A DNA stretch of 64,000 bases from Octopus bimaculoides (Eukaryota). The DNA lies in NCBI RefSeq assembly GCF_001194135.2, contig NC_068989.1, positions 45,359,208 through 45,423,207 on the forward strand. Reading direction: 5' to 3'. Below the pieces are notes generated by a model. That model saw only the letters and a program-made list of their open reading frames with translations. It was not told the DNA's origin and ran no database searches. Of this stretch, positions 1 to 12,930 are shown piece after piece. Both the position numbers and the translations under genes were made by a program. Position 1 is the first letter of the stretch, and every line of letters begins with the position of its first letter.

Positions 1-39
<39 letters not shown>

Positions 40-140
40 GTATAAGTGTTTATATAATTTTCTATACAGGTGATTAGGTTCTGTACATATATAATTATAT
101 GTAAATACACACACACACATATTTGTATATACACAAATAG

Positions 141-180
<40 letters not shown>

Positions 181-334
181 ATATGTATACAAACTTAAAC
201 ATATATATGCATATATATATACGTATATATATACGTATATATATACACACGTAAACAATTATATGCATATATATACATACATAAATATATATATATATAT
301 ACATATATATATACACACACATAAATAAACGTTG

Positions 335-368
<34 letters not shown>

Positions 369-1114
369 CATGTTTATATGTATTAGTGGAGTGGTTGTAT
401 ACTCAATTTCATATAGGCATGTGTGTGCATATTTATATACAGAAATGTGTGTATATGCGTTTATATACATACATATATGAGTACGTTTATTCATATATAA
501 ATACGTGTGTGTGTTTTTGCGTGTGAGAATGAGAGAGATAGAGAGAGAGAGAGAGTATAGATATTTACATACATAAACACAGAAGTGAACAAATAGAGAT
601 CGATAAAATAAGTGCTAGACTTAATATAAACATATAATGGGTTCGATTTGTTCCATTAAACATTTCAAAGTGATTTTCCAGCAACGTTGCAGTCTAAAGA
701 CTGAAACAATTAAAAGAATTTTATACGTATAGATATCTTTACACGTCTTGAGCTTTTTCTGTACAACATACATACATGGGAGCATACATAACCAACATTT
801 ACGTGTGGATTTATATATATGTATCACTATATGTATTCATATATATATACATTTACACACAAACATTTTTGTGTATATATATATGCGTATATAATAGGCG
901 GTTTTTTTTTTGTGCGATTATATACATCTATCTGTTTATCTGTTTACCTGTCTGTTGGCCTAACTATTCTAACCTTGAAATATTTAAATAAAGTTAAAAG
1001 TACAAACATTATCCTGTATAATTTACATTTAGATTTGCTTAAAAGGATAACTAAAAACATATATATATATATATATAAGTGTATGTGTGTATATATATAT
1101 ATATATATATGCAT

Positions 1115-1275
1115 AGGCATGGCTAAGTGGTGAGAAGCTTGCTCCCAGCCACATAGTCCGAGGTTCATTCACACTGCGTGGCATCTTGGGCAAGTGACTT
1201 CTGCTATAGCCTCGGGCCGACCAAAGCCTTGTGAGTGAATTTAGTAGATTGAAACTGAAGGAAGCCCTTCGTATA
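1115..1275 (+). mobile_element. SINE family A, head and core (tRNA-derived, CORE-like)
   Basis: ggctaagtggtgagaagctt...ggttcattc...ttgggcaagtgacttctgctatagcctcgggccgaccaaagccttgtgagtg...gaaactgaaggaagccc; about 10 further copies in this window. Confidence 0.9.
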
Positions 1276-1309
1276 CATATGTGTCCATGTGTATCTTTGT
1301 ATATATATA

Positions 1310-1345
<36 letters not shown>

Positions 1346-1540
1346 GGGGGGGTCTTTGCACCTGGATTAATTCCCCACCACCACCACCACCACCNNNNNN
1401 NNNNNNNNNNNNNNNNNNNNNNNNNNNNNNNNNNNNNNNNNNNNNNNNNNNNNNNNNNNNNNNNNNNNNNNNNNNNNNNNNNNNNNNNNNNNNNATATAT
1501 ATGAGAGACGGAAGATGGAATATACGCAAATTTGTTAGTA

Positions 1541-1646
1541 ATCACGACAAATGTTTCGACACATCTAGCATCGATCACTCATGCGTGGGACACTCGACAA
1601 CTGGTTCAGGTGCATCCATCGGTGCGGATGTATCTCGTCAGGTGAT
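1541..1646 (-). ncRNA. Type I hammerhead ribozyme with intact core
   Basis: Minus strand reads AUCAC-CUGACGA-GAUACAUC-(61 nt)-GAUGUGUC-GAAAC-AUUU-GUC-GUGAU: 5-bp stem I, full CUGANGA and GAAA boxes, 8-bp stem II, short stem III, GUC cleavage triplet at 1548-1546. Confidence 0.85.
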
Positions 1647-2049
1647 AAATAGAATTAACTCCTTAAAATATTAGTTCCGCAATGTAACTTCTTGTTTTGT
1701 AGAATGAAAAGCAGCCCGACGGGGGAAATACCTTCATGTACGTAGAAAATCGAATATAAAATCACAGATGGAAAAAGAGAAACGAACACGCAATACAGTG
1801 AGAAAATTATATAAAATGACATTTAACATATTACGGATGTATAAAAGCCCTCGACAAGCTGCATCGTGCGAGCACATTCGCATATACAAGCATCCGCGAA
1901 AATCTGAACATAGGACCACGTGAAATTATGTGCACTCGTGATCACGCAGTGAGTTAACTATCTACTTGTTGTTTGTAAGGATAAGGAGGTTAACAGTAAA
2001 TTTAAGACATCCATACCTTAATGTAAATTGTGTTAACACTGACCCAAAA

Positions 2050-2405
2050 TTCCTTCACACTTCATAGTGTGAAAGTGCATTTATATGCGTGTGGTCATCT
2101 CGAAAGTCTATCAGAAATTCTATTAATGATCTTCTCATTAGTCCACAGATTAGACAGGGACGACATCTCCTGGAAATTATATCGCATGGTTTCGCGTGCC
2201 TTACTATGGACCAGGTTATGCTGTACTTCATTTTATCCTCCTTCAGTCGCCATAACCAATCGGCCAAAGATGTTCAATGACTTATTGATCGTCTTCAAGC
2301 TGGCGATATGGTTACGATTATGATTCTTGCATGAATCAGCCGTCTCCCCAATGTAAACATAGGGCCCTCCCCTTGTGTGCACGGTACAATTTATATACAA
2401 AACTT
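2050..2405 (-). pseudogene. Penelope-like element GIY-YIG endonuclease C-terminus, frameshifted
   Basis: Stitched minus-strand translation VYKCTVHTRGGPYVYIGETADSCKNHNRNHIASLKT...LADWLWRLKEDKMKYSITWSIVRHAKPCDIISRRC..NL.TNEKII matches the PLE endonuclease pattern (VY..YIGET..FK.RY.NH..LS.YIW.LK..Y.I.WSI..C.LC..EK). Confidence 0.8.
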
Positions 2406-2864
2406 ATATATAAACAGACTCATCATAGGATATTTACTTTTTCTTTGCATGAGCATCTATGTATATATACATATATACACACATATATATACACATATAT
2501 ACATACATATATACATTTAAATACATACACAGACATATATATATACATAAATATATAAATATACATATATATACATATATATAATCATATATATACATAC
2601 ACATATACACATATATATACACATATATATATAAGTACATAAATAGCTACATATATATTTATATACATATACATACATATATATATACCTATATATATAA
2701 ATATATATATTCCTATATATACAGGTGGTTGGTAAGCAGAGTACTTGCCACACAGCCATGCCTTCCCGTCTGGCCGTATAGCCTTTCTGTTTGTTTTCCT
2801 GTCTTGTTTTTTGTCCGCCACTACATTCCTCCATGGCAAGGTTTAATTTGTGTATACAAATTTA

Positions 2865-3105
2865 ATTTGCGGTCCATGGGAAAAGCCGTTTTAACGATGC
2901 GTCCTATCCAGCTCTTCGAAACGCCGGTGTTAAAACGGGGGTAGCTGATGAAGGAAAATGTTCTCTATGTGGCTTGCGTGTTTCCTTGTCTACGTTTTGT
3001 TTGCAATGTCCTGTACCCAGATATGCACCTATACATACAGGTGGATGTCGGTATGCACATACTTGTACGTATATATGCATATACTCATTTACTATTTGTT
3101 TTTAT
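2865..3105 (+). repeat. Dispersed repeat, probably a PLE pseudo-LTR family (second copy 19560-19870)
   Basis: Both copies share cttcgaaa..taaaac.gggg..ctgaYgaagg..tatgt.gc..gt..gtcctRtaccc.Ratatgca..tagatgtaggtatgYacata. Confidence 0.5.
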
Positions 3106-3907
3106 ATANNNNNNNNNNNNNNNNNNNNNNNNNNNNNNNNNNNNNNNNNNNNNNNNNNNNNNNNNNNNNNNNNNNNNNNNNNNNNNNNNNNNNNNNNNNN
3201 NNNNNNNNNNNNNNNNNNNNNNNNNNNNNNNNNNNNNNNNNNNNNNNNNNNNNNNNNNNNNNNNNNNNNNNNNNNNNNNNNNNNNNNNNNNNNNNNNNNN
3301 NNNNNNNNNNNNNNNNNNNNNNNNNNNNNNNNNNNNNNNNNNNNNNNNNNNNNNNNNNNNNNNNNNNNNNNNNNNNNNNNNNNNNNNNNNNNNNNNNNNN
3401 NNNNNNNNNNNNNNNNNNNNNNNNNNNNNNNNNNNNNNNNNNNNNNNNNNNNNNNNNNNNNNNNNNNNNNNNNNNNNNNNNNNNNNNNNNNNNNNNNNNN
3501 NNNNNNNNNNNNNNNNNNNNNNNNNNNNNNNNNNNNNNNNNNNNNNNNNNNNNNNNNNNNNNNNNNNNNNNNNNNNNNNNNNNNNNNNNNNNNNNNNNNN
3601 NNNNNNNNNNNNNNNNNNNNNNNNNNNNNNNNNNNNNNNNNNNNNNNNNNNNNNNNNNNNNNNNNNNNNNNNNNNNNNNNNNNNNNNNNNNNNNNNNNNN
3701 NNNNNNNNNNNNNNNNNNNNNNNNNNNNNNNNNNNNNNNNNNNNNNNNNNNNNNNNNNNNNNNNNNNNNNNNNNNNNNNNNNNNNNNNNNNNNNNNNNNN
3801 NNNNNNNNNNNNNNNNNNNNNNNNNNNNNNNNNNNNNNNNNNNNNNNNNNNNNNNNNNNNNNNNNNNNNNNNNNNNNNNNNNNNNNNNNNNNNNNNNNNN
3901 NNNNNNN

Positions 3908-3966
<59 letters not shown>

Positions 3967-4827
3967 ATATATAAACATAAGTTCTTGCTTGTGAACGGTA
4001 CCTGATATCGGCTGCGGATGAGACGTGCAGCGTTGGACACCCAAATTTCTATAGCCTTAAAATATACGCATGATGTGAAACTGGACGCTATATGAGAGCG
4101 CGTCTCAAAATTGAATAGTTCAGGGAAGTCATAAAATTTGTTGAAGTAAATGTGTAGATCTACTCGGAATGGACCGTAAATATAAATCGACATATTGTAC
4201 GTTGAAATTAGGTACGGATTTAGACCAGGCAGAAGTTACTACTTGGATTAAATTCGTGCTAGTAACACAGTGCACAAGACCGTGTCTTCCAAACTGTTCA
4301 ATAGAATCATCTGACACGAGATTTCATATTCAAGTCATATGTATGCTATTACGAAAGATCACACTGAAAATCACAGACATTAGTTCTGATTTATATCTCA
4401 GAGGGTCTAATGCAGTTTCGCTTCATACAACATCAGAACCTCTCGCTTGCCCAAATTATTTACAGATGTTGATCATATTGCTTTTTTATCTCAGCCACAT
4501 CGTTCCCTGGATCTGCTCCCCAACCAACCCATAATAGAAACTCATCTAATAGCTTTCCCTGCGGATTCTCTGACGGAAGGCATACATATCCTCTTTGCTG
4601 CACCATTAATGCTAAACCCAAGCAGACCTTTACCAAGGGATCTGCTGTCTCTCTGCCCCTACTCTTGTGCAATATAACTCTATTCGTTTGCAGCGTGCAC
4701 GACAGCCATGGACTGTGCATGTATTATATNNNNNNNNNNNNNNNNNNNNNNNNNNNNNNNNNNNNNNNNNNNNNNNNNNNNNNNNNNNNNNNNNNNNNNN
4801 NNNNNNNNNNNNNNNNTATATATATAC

Positions 4828-4880
<53 letters not shown>

Positions 4881-5296
4881 CGTGTATATATTTATATGCT
4901 TGTATGTTTGTACGTATATATGCACATACATAACTGCATAGATACATGCATACGAACAAACAATAAGGTACGTGATGTGAAGTCGAATCAATTATGCGAC
5001 ATATACCACCTGTGGAGCACACAAAATAGATAAATACTGGCAGAAGCATAACTTATTATTTCTTCGAATGCGTGTCACCTTTTAGCCAAAAAATCAGCAT
5101 TTCGGGCTGATAAATATTGCTATGAATATTGCTCCTTACCCCCTGATCTAGTTATGCTTTTATATCCCCCATCACACGCTGTTTACATTATAACACTTCA
5201 AAGAATAGCAATTTTGTAGATCATTACAATTTACTGAATAATAATTTCTCAAAGCATACAGACACACACACAATACACACACACACACACACACAC

Positions 5297-5330
<34 letters not shown>

Positions 5331-5701
5331 TTTAACAATAGGCGCATTGAACAACGTTGCAGTACAGATGTATATAATTATATTGAACACGTTTGTATAC
5401 ACTCAAACGTGAAAAGAGTTTCGCCGTAGAAATTATCTCGAGAGTGAAATTCTCCTTTCAGATAACCAACCACAATGAATGACGTCATTGGAACCGAGTT
5501 CACCTGTTTCTGCATCGTTACGCTTCATTAGCGACGGACACCGAATCTATTGCTCATACTCGGCCAAATGCTGCCGTTCTTATATTAAGAATAGCAAATG
5601 GTAAATTTGCCGACGTGTGCAAAGCTTCATCAAACCGGAATTGATCAAATACAGGCACACTAAGTAGCGTTGATGGAAATATATTCAGATATTGAATTAC
5701 A

Positions 5702-5705
<4 letters not shown>

Positions 5706-5786
<81 letters not shown>
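5706..5786. repeat. (CT)n microsatellite
   Basis: Pure CT run of about 40 units. Confidence 0.97.
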
Positions 5787-5787
<1 letters not shown>

Positions 5788-8276
5788 ATATTTTGTTTTT
5801 CCTATTTTGCGATAAAGCTATATAACAGTATATATTATCACTGGAAAATTTAGAAAATGCGGCAAATTCGTAGCACCCTTTCTTCTTATCGTTTTCCAAT
5901 GACACACGTCAATGAACATACCAATAGATCCCTATACGTACACACACGCGCAACACATACGTAGTCATAGAAACGCATTTATATAACCTATATACATACG
6001 TTTAGAGAAACATATAAGCATTTGCATTTGTGTATGCGCGTGCGTGTGTCTGTAGATACATTGAAGAACTCCTTAAATAACAACATAGATATTTAACATT
6101 TATTGAAAGTTCGAAACGTCAGAGATCGCTAATGAAGGTGGGACGATTTAGATCAAGAGAATATGAAAATCATTATATAATAAGATCATTGGATGTTATT
6201 CGTTAACACAAAACATCTGCAATTGGGAAACTCTTGAGAGATTTAGTAATTTTTAGTGTGGAGCGGTAATATAATATGTATATATAGAAAATGAAAGTAA
6301 ACGGGCTTACGAAATGCCTTCGTATAAACCAAAATATATGTATGTAAATAAAATTGTGAATTTAAAATATATGCAAAAGAAATAGAATATCCTGCGCGTA
6401 AGAAGGGTCTCTACTTGTTGCTAATTGTTGAAATTATTACAATGCGCCACCAAAATATTTCTAGGCAATATTTCAGGTACGAAATTGGTGACCAAATATC
6501 TGATTAACTCTGACGGATAAATCATGACAGCCGTATCGAAGTATACAAACCTATATACCTTAAAAATAACATGATCGATGGTTGGTTCTGTACCCTAATG
6601 CTGTCATGGAATATTAGGTTAAAAACTGAATTGAGAATTATATCTAACAATTTAAAAATGGTATTTATTTTGTAATCGGGTTCCAATGGTATAAATGTAT
6701 GATCTGAACTTTCGTCGTCTTGTAAACACACTTCCAGGTAGGCTTCGAAACAGATTAAAATATAAGAAAATGTTGTTTCCCCATGCCATTTTTATTATAG
6801 TATTTATTTACATTTCTGTGAAACTCTCGTCTTTAAGTCAATGTTTACTTTTAGCGTCGTGCGATATTCCCCTTACACGCTTTATATATTCTTAGATACA
6901 GTGTCTAATCATTGTGCACATAAGTATTTCTAACTTTAACCTCCCCACCACCCTTCTATACCAAATTGCCATATACATAGGGTTAGTTTATTCTCTCGCT
7001 AGTTCTTTTGTTTCACATCCTAATGAATTTCCAAATAATTTTCGATTTGAAAAATCTTCACACTCCAATAAATCCACTCATTAAACTTATAGTATTTATG
7101 GCTCTCCATTTAAGTGTGCACATACATACATACATACATACATACATACATGCATGCACAAACACAGACACACACACACACCCACATATCCAATTATATA
7201 CATATGCATATGTACGTACGTACGTACGTATGTATGTATGTATGTATGTATGTATGCATGCATGTATGTATGTATGTATGTATGTATGTATGTATATATT
7301 TCCTCCTCTTATAGTAGATTATTGAATAGAGACGAATAATATCTGACTGAATAAAGAACTGTACCCGTTGAGTTATTCACCCGAAATCACTCCCCTTTGT
7401 TCCATATAGTCTTACTGGGTGGTTTGAGATGGTGAGATTATTTTTGTCAATAATGGAACATTCTGGAAATATCTAGATTAGAAATTGGGATTTAGAATAT
7501 AAAAACAATAAAAACGTACTTTCAAACAATAACATGGAACAAATGGAAAGGGATCTCATCTGATAAAATAGGGTCAGTTTCCGGAAAGTCTACATCAGCT
7601 TCTGAATCTCTTTCAAAAATAACCCCGGATTTTTATACAAATCCAAGAAATTATGTTACGTCAGATAAGATGAAATGCGCTTACAGAATAGACAAAAAAT
7701 ACATATGAAAAGCTGTTATGAAGTAATTTTTTTTTTTATTGCCTCACTTATTTCGGTCTCTGGATTGAAGTTACACTGGGGCACTCTCTTGAATTGTTTA
7801 CTCGCACAAATTGACCTCCGTTTCTTTTCTAAATCGGATATTTATCCTATCAGTTTCTTCCGTTGAAGGAGTACATANNNNNNNNNNNNNNNNNNNNNNN
7901 NNNNNNNNNNNNNNNNNNNNNNNNNNNNNNNNNNNNNNNNNNNNNNNNNNNNNNNNNNNNNNNNNNNNNNNNNNNNNNNNNNNNNNNNNNNNNNNNNNNN
8001 NNNNNNNNNNNNNNNNNNNNNNNNNNNNNNNNNNNNNNNNNNNNNNNNNNNNNNNNNNNNNNNNNNNNNNNNNNNNNNNNNNNNNNNNNNNNNNNNNNNN
8101 NNNNNNNNNNNNNNNNNNNNNNNNNNNNNNNNNNNNNNNNNNNNNNNNNNNNNNNNNNNNNNNNNNNNNNNNNNNNNNNNNNNNNNNNNNNNNNNNNNNN
8201 NNNNNNNNNNNNNNNNNNNNNNNNNNNNNNNNNNNNNNNNNNNTAGGCAGTGTTGGTTTTTACAATTCTGTAAATA

Positions 8277-8319
8277 ATAATAGTATTTTATAAGCTTAAA
8301 GCTTATAAAATACTATTAT
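8277..8319. repeat. Perfect AT-rich palindrome, 21-bp arms with 1-nt spacer
   Basis: ataatagtattttataagctt-a-aagcttataaaatactattat. Confidence 0.95.
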
Positions 8320-8358
8320 ATATATATGTGTATGTATACACACACACACACACGCACG

Positions 8359-8398
<40 letters not shown>

Positions 8399-9720
8399 CA
8401 TACCAATCTAGTACTAACACACGCCTTTTCACAAATCTAGAATCTAACAATAATTTTGTTATTAGCTTTAATACTGGTGATACAATAGAGATGTAATTGA
8501 ATATTTCGTCCCTTGAACACGAGACAAGTTGCTTATGATCACAAATAAAACTTCGTTAACAATCCCTATACGTAGGTTAATTAGGTCATGGATTATGACC
8601 TGTCGACAAACAAATTGTGGAAGTGATTATACTAAGAGGAAAGAAAGAATACGTTATCCATTCCATTATGGAACAATAATAGAGAAATATTTTTGTCGCA
8701 ACATTGCAAGCTTGACATTGTTGGTTATTCTTCTATCATTAAAGCGCTTCCCAAAATTTGATCTTTGTAAATGCGATCGTTCCAATCGATCGAAAGCAAC
8801 AAATATATGTATGCAGAGAAAACCTCTTCTTTTCATAATTCTACCTGGGTCACAAAACAGACGAACGATTTGATGTTTCTATGGATGCGTATAATTACTC
8901 CCAAATGTGTGTTATATTAGGAATTTATATTCTCGACATTTTGTATAAACGTTTTCCTGCATAAAGAAAAGGAGTTTACAGATATGGCCTCTTAGTCTAA
9001 CGCGATATCAGAGGACAGGAGTTAGATTTAGGAAAAATCCTATGAAATTGTTTAGTAAAACAAGTTTGTGTTTTGCAATAGATACTAATTTTACGATGGT
9101 CATTTTTCTTATACATTATTTTAAATTTAGATACAAATATATTTAGATTCACCAAAGCAGAATGAAAAATTGAGGAAAACATTTTCAATGTCTTCAAAAT
9201 ATTTTACCTTATTTTATTCCTAACTTTAGTAAGTCGATATCATCATTATCTTCAGGTGATCTATCTTTAACGGTGGCCACATTATTATTATAATGTAGTT
9301 TTCCGTAATAATGCCTGCTCATAAAATAAAGTATCTGTTTAGATCTAATATTCTAAAGTAGAAAAATAGACAACGTGATAATCAGTGGTGTATAATTTAA
9401 GTGTGAAAACAAACATAGCTTAAAAGCTCCTGAACTTAATTTTCCTTTATTTTCCAACTAACCTCAAATACCGTAAAATCAAGAGAAATTCAGTTATGAT
9501 TAGCTACAATAAGTTTGTAAGTAACGTTGATATTTAAAATGGTAAACAACTTTCTAATGCAACTAATTGACCTTATCCATTTACCTGCAATTAAATCGAT
9601 CGTATTAATTGTTGACTCGATAGTAATCATGGGACGGAATAATTCGCACACTGTGTCAAAATACACACAGACAACAATTCTAGTGCGAACTTATGTATTA
9701 CATTAACCGAGCGAGATATT

Positions 9721-10152
9721 CTTTTCTACTCTAGGCACTAGGCCAGAAATTTTGGAGGAAAGGGCCAGTCGATTAGATCGACCCCAGTACGTAACTGCTA
9801 CTTAATTTATTGACACCGAAAGAACGAAAGGCAAAGTAGACCTCGCTGAAATTCGAACTCAGAATGTAAAGACAGGCGAAATACTGCTAAGCATTTCGTC
9901 CAGCGTGCTAACGTTTCTTATTTCTTTATTGCCCACAAGGGGCTAAACATAGAGGGGACAAACAAGGACAGACAAAGGGATTAAGTCGATTACATCGACC
10001 CCAGTGCGTAATCGGTACTTATTTAATCGACCCCGAAAAGACGAAAGGCAAAGTCGACCTCGGCGGAATTTGAACTCAGAACGTAAAGACAGACGAAATA
10101 CCGCTAAGCATTTCGCCCGGCGTGCTAACGTTTCTGCCAACTCGCCGCCTTA
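9721..10152 (-). mobile_element. SINE family B head-to-tail dimer with 16-bp target site duplication
   Basis: Two copies of ...gagttcaaattcc..gaggtcgactttgcctttc..tcggggtcgat..aagtacc; flanked by aaccgagcgagatatt (9705-9720) and aaccgaacgagatatt (10153-10168). Confidence 0.9.
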
Positions 10153-10852
10153 AACCGAACGAGATATTAAGGTTCGTCTTTACCAGTTCACAAATATTTA
10201 AACTATGATAAAAAGAGGACAGCAATCAAATCCACCTATATTTAAGTTCAATGTTTACTCTCACACTCATATAGGAGCTGAGATGTCATTTGCGTCTAGC
10301 AGAAAACTCCTATGTCTCCGATTTCCGAAAGTCTGAATACGAGACACGAACTTTTGTCAGTTTGTAAACACAGCCGCCAATATATATTCTCCAACTATGT
10401 TCCTCGAAATAGACAATCGTATGAAGGTTTAGTAAATTCTTGTAAACATTTGTATCATATTTCTTAATCCCCTTTAATATATTTATTTTCCTTTGGCATA
10501 GTCAGTAATTTTTCTTGCACGCTCTCTACTTTTTAAATATGATTTTCCATTTCCAGCAACATATTTCCAGTACATGATTTCAGTCATGCACGAAGATTTT
10601 TATTCACCAACACGCGTTTATACACCCATTTATTTCAATTTAATATTTCTTTTACTGCATCCAACGAAACAATGCATTTTATTCCAATACTTTTTTGAAA
10701 TTTTATCATATGCCATTCCCTTTTTCCAATTAGTAACTGTCATGCGAATTCCGAATACGAAAAACTAATATATACGGCTTGTGAAGTTCACAACATTTAA
10801 AACACACACACATACACACATACACATACACACACATACATACATATATATA

Positions 10853-11004
10853 TTCAGTTTCCGTCTCCTAAATTCACTCACAAGGCTTTGGTCGGGCCGA
10901 GATTATAACAGAAGACATTTCTGTAATGTGCCACTCAGTGAGACTGAACTCGGAATCATGTGGTTGGGAAGTAAGCTTCTTACCAGACGGCCACACCTGC
11001 GCCT
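10853..11004 (-). mobile_element. SINE family A head and core
   Basis: ttcagtttccgtc..cactcacaaggctttggtcgggccgag..gaagacat..gactgaactcggaatcatgtggttgggaagtaagcttcttacc. Confidence 0.9.
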
Positions 11005-11157
11005 GTGTATGACACATATATACATAAATTACCATATACTCATAGACATATGTATATACATACTCACACACATATTCAAATATATGTTTACATGTGTACC
11101 TATATAGATAAGCATATACATCTATCAGCATATGTGTGTCTACGTGTGCGCGTGCAC

Positions 11158-11228
<71 letters not shown>

Positions 11229-11238
11229 NNNNNNNNNN

Positions 11239-11310
<72 letters not shown>

Positions 11311-11638
11311 TACAGTCGTAGAGTATACATGTATGCATGTGCGCGCGTGCGTATGCGTGTGTGTAAATGCATACATTATGTTAGAATATATACACATATA
11401 TTCTAAATACACGCACAAACATGTGTGTGAATGAATGCTTGTGCGCGCGCAAGTGCGTTCTAATATAATCTTTTTATATCTTATTTTTTTTCCTTTTAGT
11501 TTTCGTACTTACTCATTACGTCATTAATGCTAACTGTGGAACAATACTGTTCCGAAGCACATTAATGTTACATATATATATATATATATATATGAACAGA
11601 GATAGACAGATGGATAAATAAATGTATATGAGCGAAAA

Positions 11639-11642
<4 letters not shown>

Positions 11643-11712
<70 letters not shown>

Positions 11713-11746
11713 TGTGTGTGTGTACGTGTGTGTGTGTGTGTGTGTG
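11643..11746. repeat. (TG)n microsatellite
   Basis: Long TG run with two CG interruptions. Confidence 0.95.
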
Positions 11747-11800
11747 CGCGAATACATGTGCATGTGCATATCTGTAAATATGTGAATGTGCGTATATGAC

Positions 11801-12093
11801 GGCGCGCGGCGAAGTGATTAGTGTAGTCGGCTCAAGGGCGAGAGTTCGATACGAGGCAGCGCATTGTATCCTTGAGCAAGATACTTTATCCCCCATACTC
11901 CATTCAGCTAGCAGAAGTAAGTGGTACGTGTACTTCAAAGGCCCGGACGTGTCACATTGATTCTCCCTCTGAACTACCTAAAGCGTACACGTATATGTGG
12001 AGTACTCAGCTACTTGCATGTTAGTATTTCGTGCAGTCAGTTCCGTTGGTCGGATCAGCTGGATCCCCAATCGTCGTAACCAACAGAATACCA
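11801..12093 (+). mobile_element. SINE family C (tRNA-derived head, tccttgagcaagaYactt central domain)
   Basis: B-box-like gagttcgatac; tail gttccgttggtcggatcagctgg..cgtcgtaacc shared with 16790-17110. Confidence 0.75.
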
Positions 12094-12225
12094 GTTATAT
12101 ATTTGTGTGTATGTGTGTGTGAGTGTGTGTGTGTGAGTGTGTGTGTGAGTGTGTGTGTTTGTGTGTGTGGTTATAGGTCTGTGTTTGTAAACATACATAC
12201 AGGATCAAACCCAGAGACGCTTATA

Positions 12226-12281
<56 letters not shown>

Positions 12282-12409
12282 TACACTCGCTAATACACAT
12301 CTCAATACACAATATATCGTGACTCTTGCCACTGTATGAGTTACGTCATAAAGATTTTTCATATGTAATCGTCCATTATTCGCTAGCAATTTCACGGCTA
12401 TGGATGTGT

Positions 12410-12930
12410 GTATGCGAGGTATTTGTGTATGTGTGTATGTATGTGTGTGTGTGCGTGTGTTTGTGTGTGTGTTTGTGTGTTTATTATATATATATATATA
12501 TATATGCATGCACTTGTGTGTATGTGTGTGAGTTTGTTGTTTATACACCCGTACGCGCATGTATGCACATGTGCTTGTGTGTGCGTGTGCCTCTGTGTGT
12601 GTGTGTGCGCGCGTGCCTCTGTGCGTGTGCGTGTGTGTGTCTGTATGTTTGACAGTGTGACGCGTATGTGTATTAATGCGTGTGTATGATTTGTATGTAT
12701 GTGTGTATGTGTGTGTTTGTGTGTGCATTATATATATGCATGTAGTTGTGTGTATGTCTGTGAGTTTGTTTATACACCCGTACGCGCATGTATGCATATG
12801 TGCTTGTGTGTGCGCGTGCCTCTGCGTGTGTGTGTGTGTGTGAGTGTGTGTGTGTGTGTGTGTCTGTGTCTGTGTGTCTGTGTGCGCCTATTTCCCTTTG
12901 TGTGTGTGTGTGCAAGTTCATATATGCATG
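12410..12930. repeat. Tandem duplication (period about 229 bp) of a compound TG/TA microsatellite
   Basis: Anchor tatacacccgtacgcgcatgtatgca at 12542 and again at 12771, with matching flanks. Confidence 0.85.

Noticed and set aside
1703-1737. Candidate exon ttgttttgtag|..ttcat|gtacgt
   Set aside because: Only 35 nt, no recognisable peptide, and it lies antisense within the presumed PLE 3' region
4000-4700. Non-microsatellite island with 60-120 aa ORFs on both strands
   Set aside because: No motif I can recognise in any frame; probably an old TE, but unsupported
5462-5599. Segment with good acceptor (ctttcag) and donor (g|gtaaat)
   Set aside because: All three frames hit stops within about 20 nt; a non-coding exon cannot be shown without RNA data
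6061-6125. Hammerhead-like UUGAAGA...agttc-GAAAC-GUC-agag
   Set aside because: C3 is missing, stem I does not pair, and stem II only pairs by consuming G8 and A9; at best an old relic
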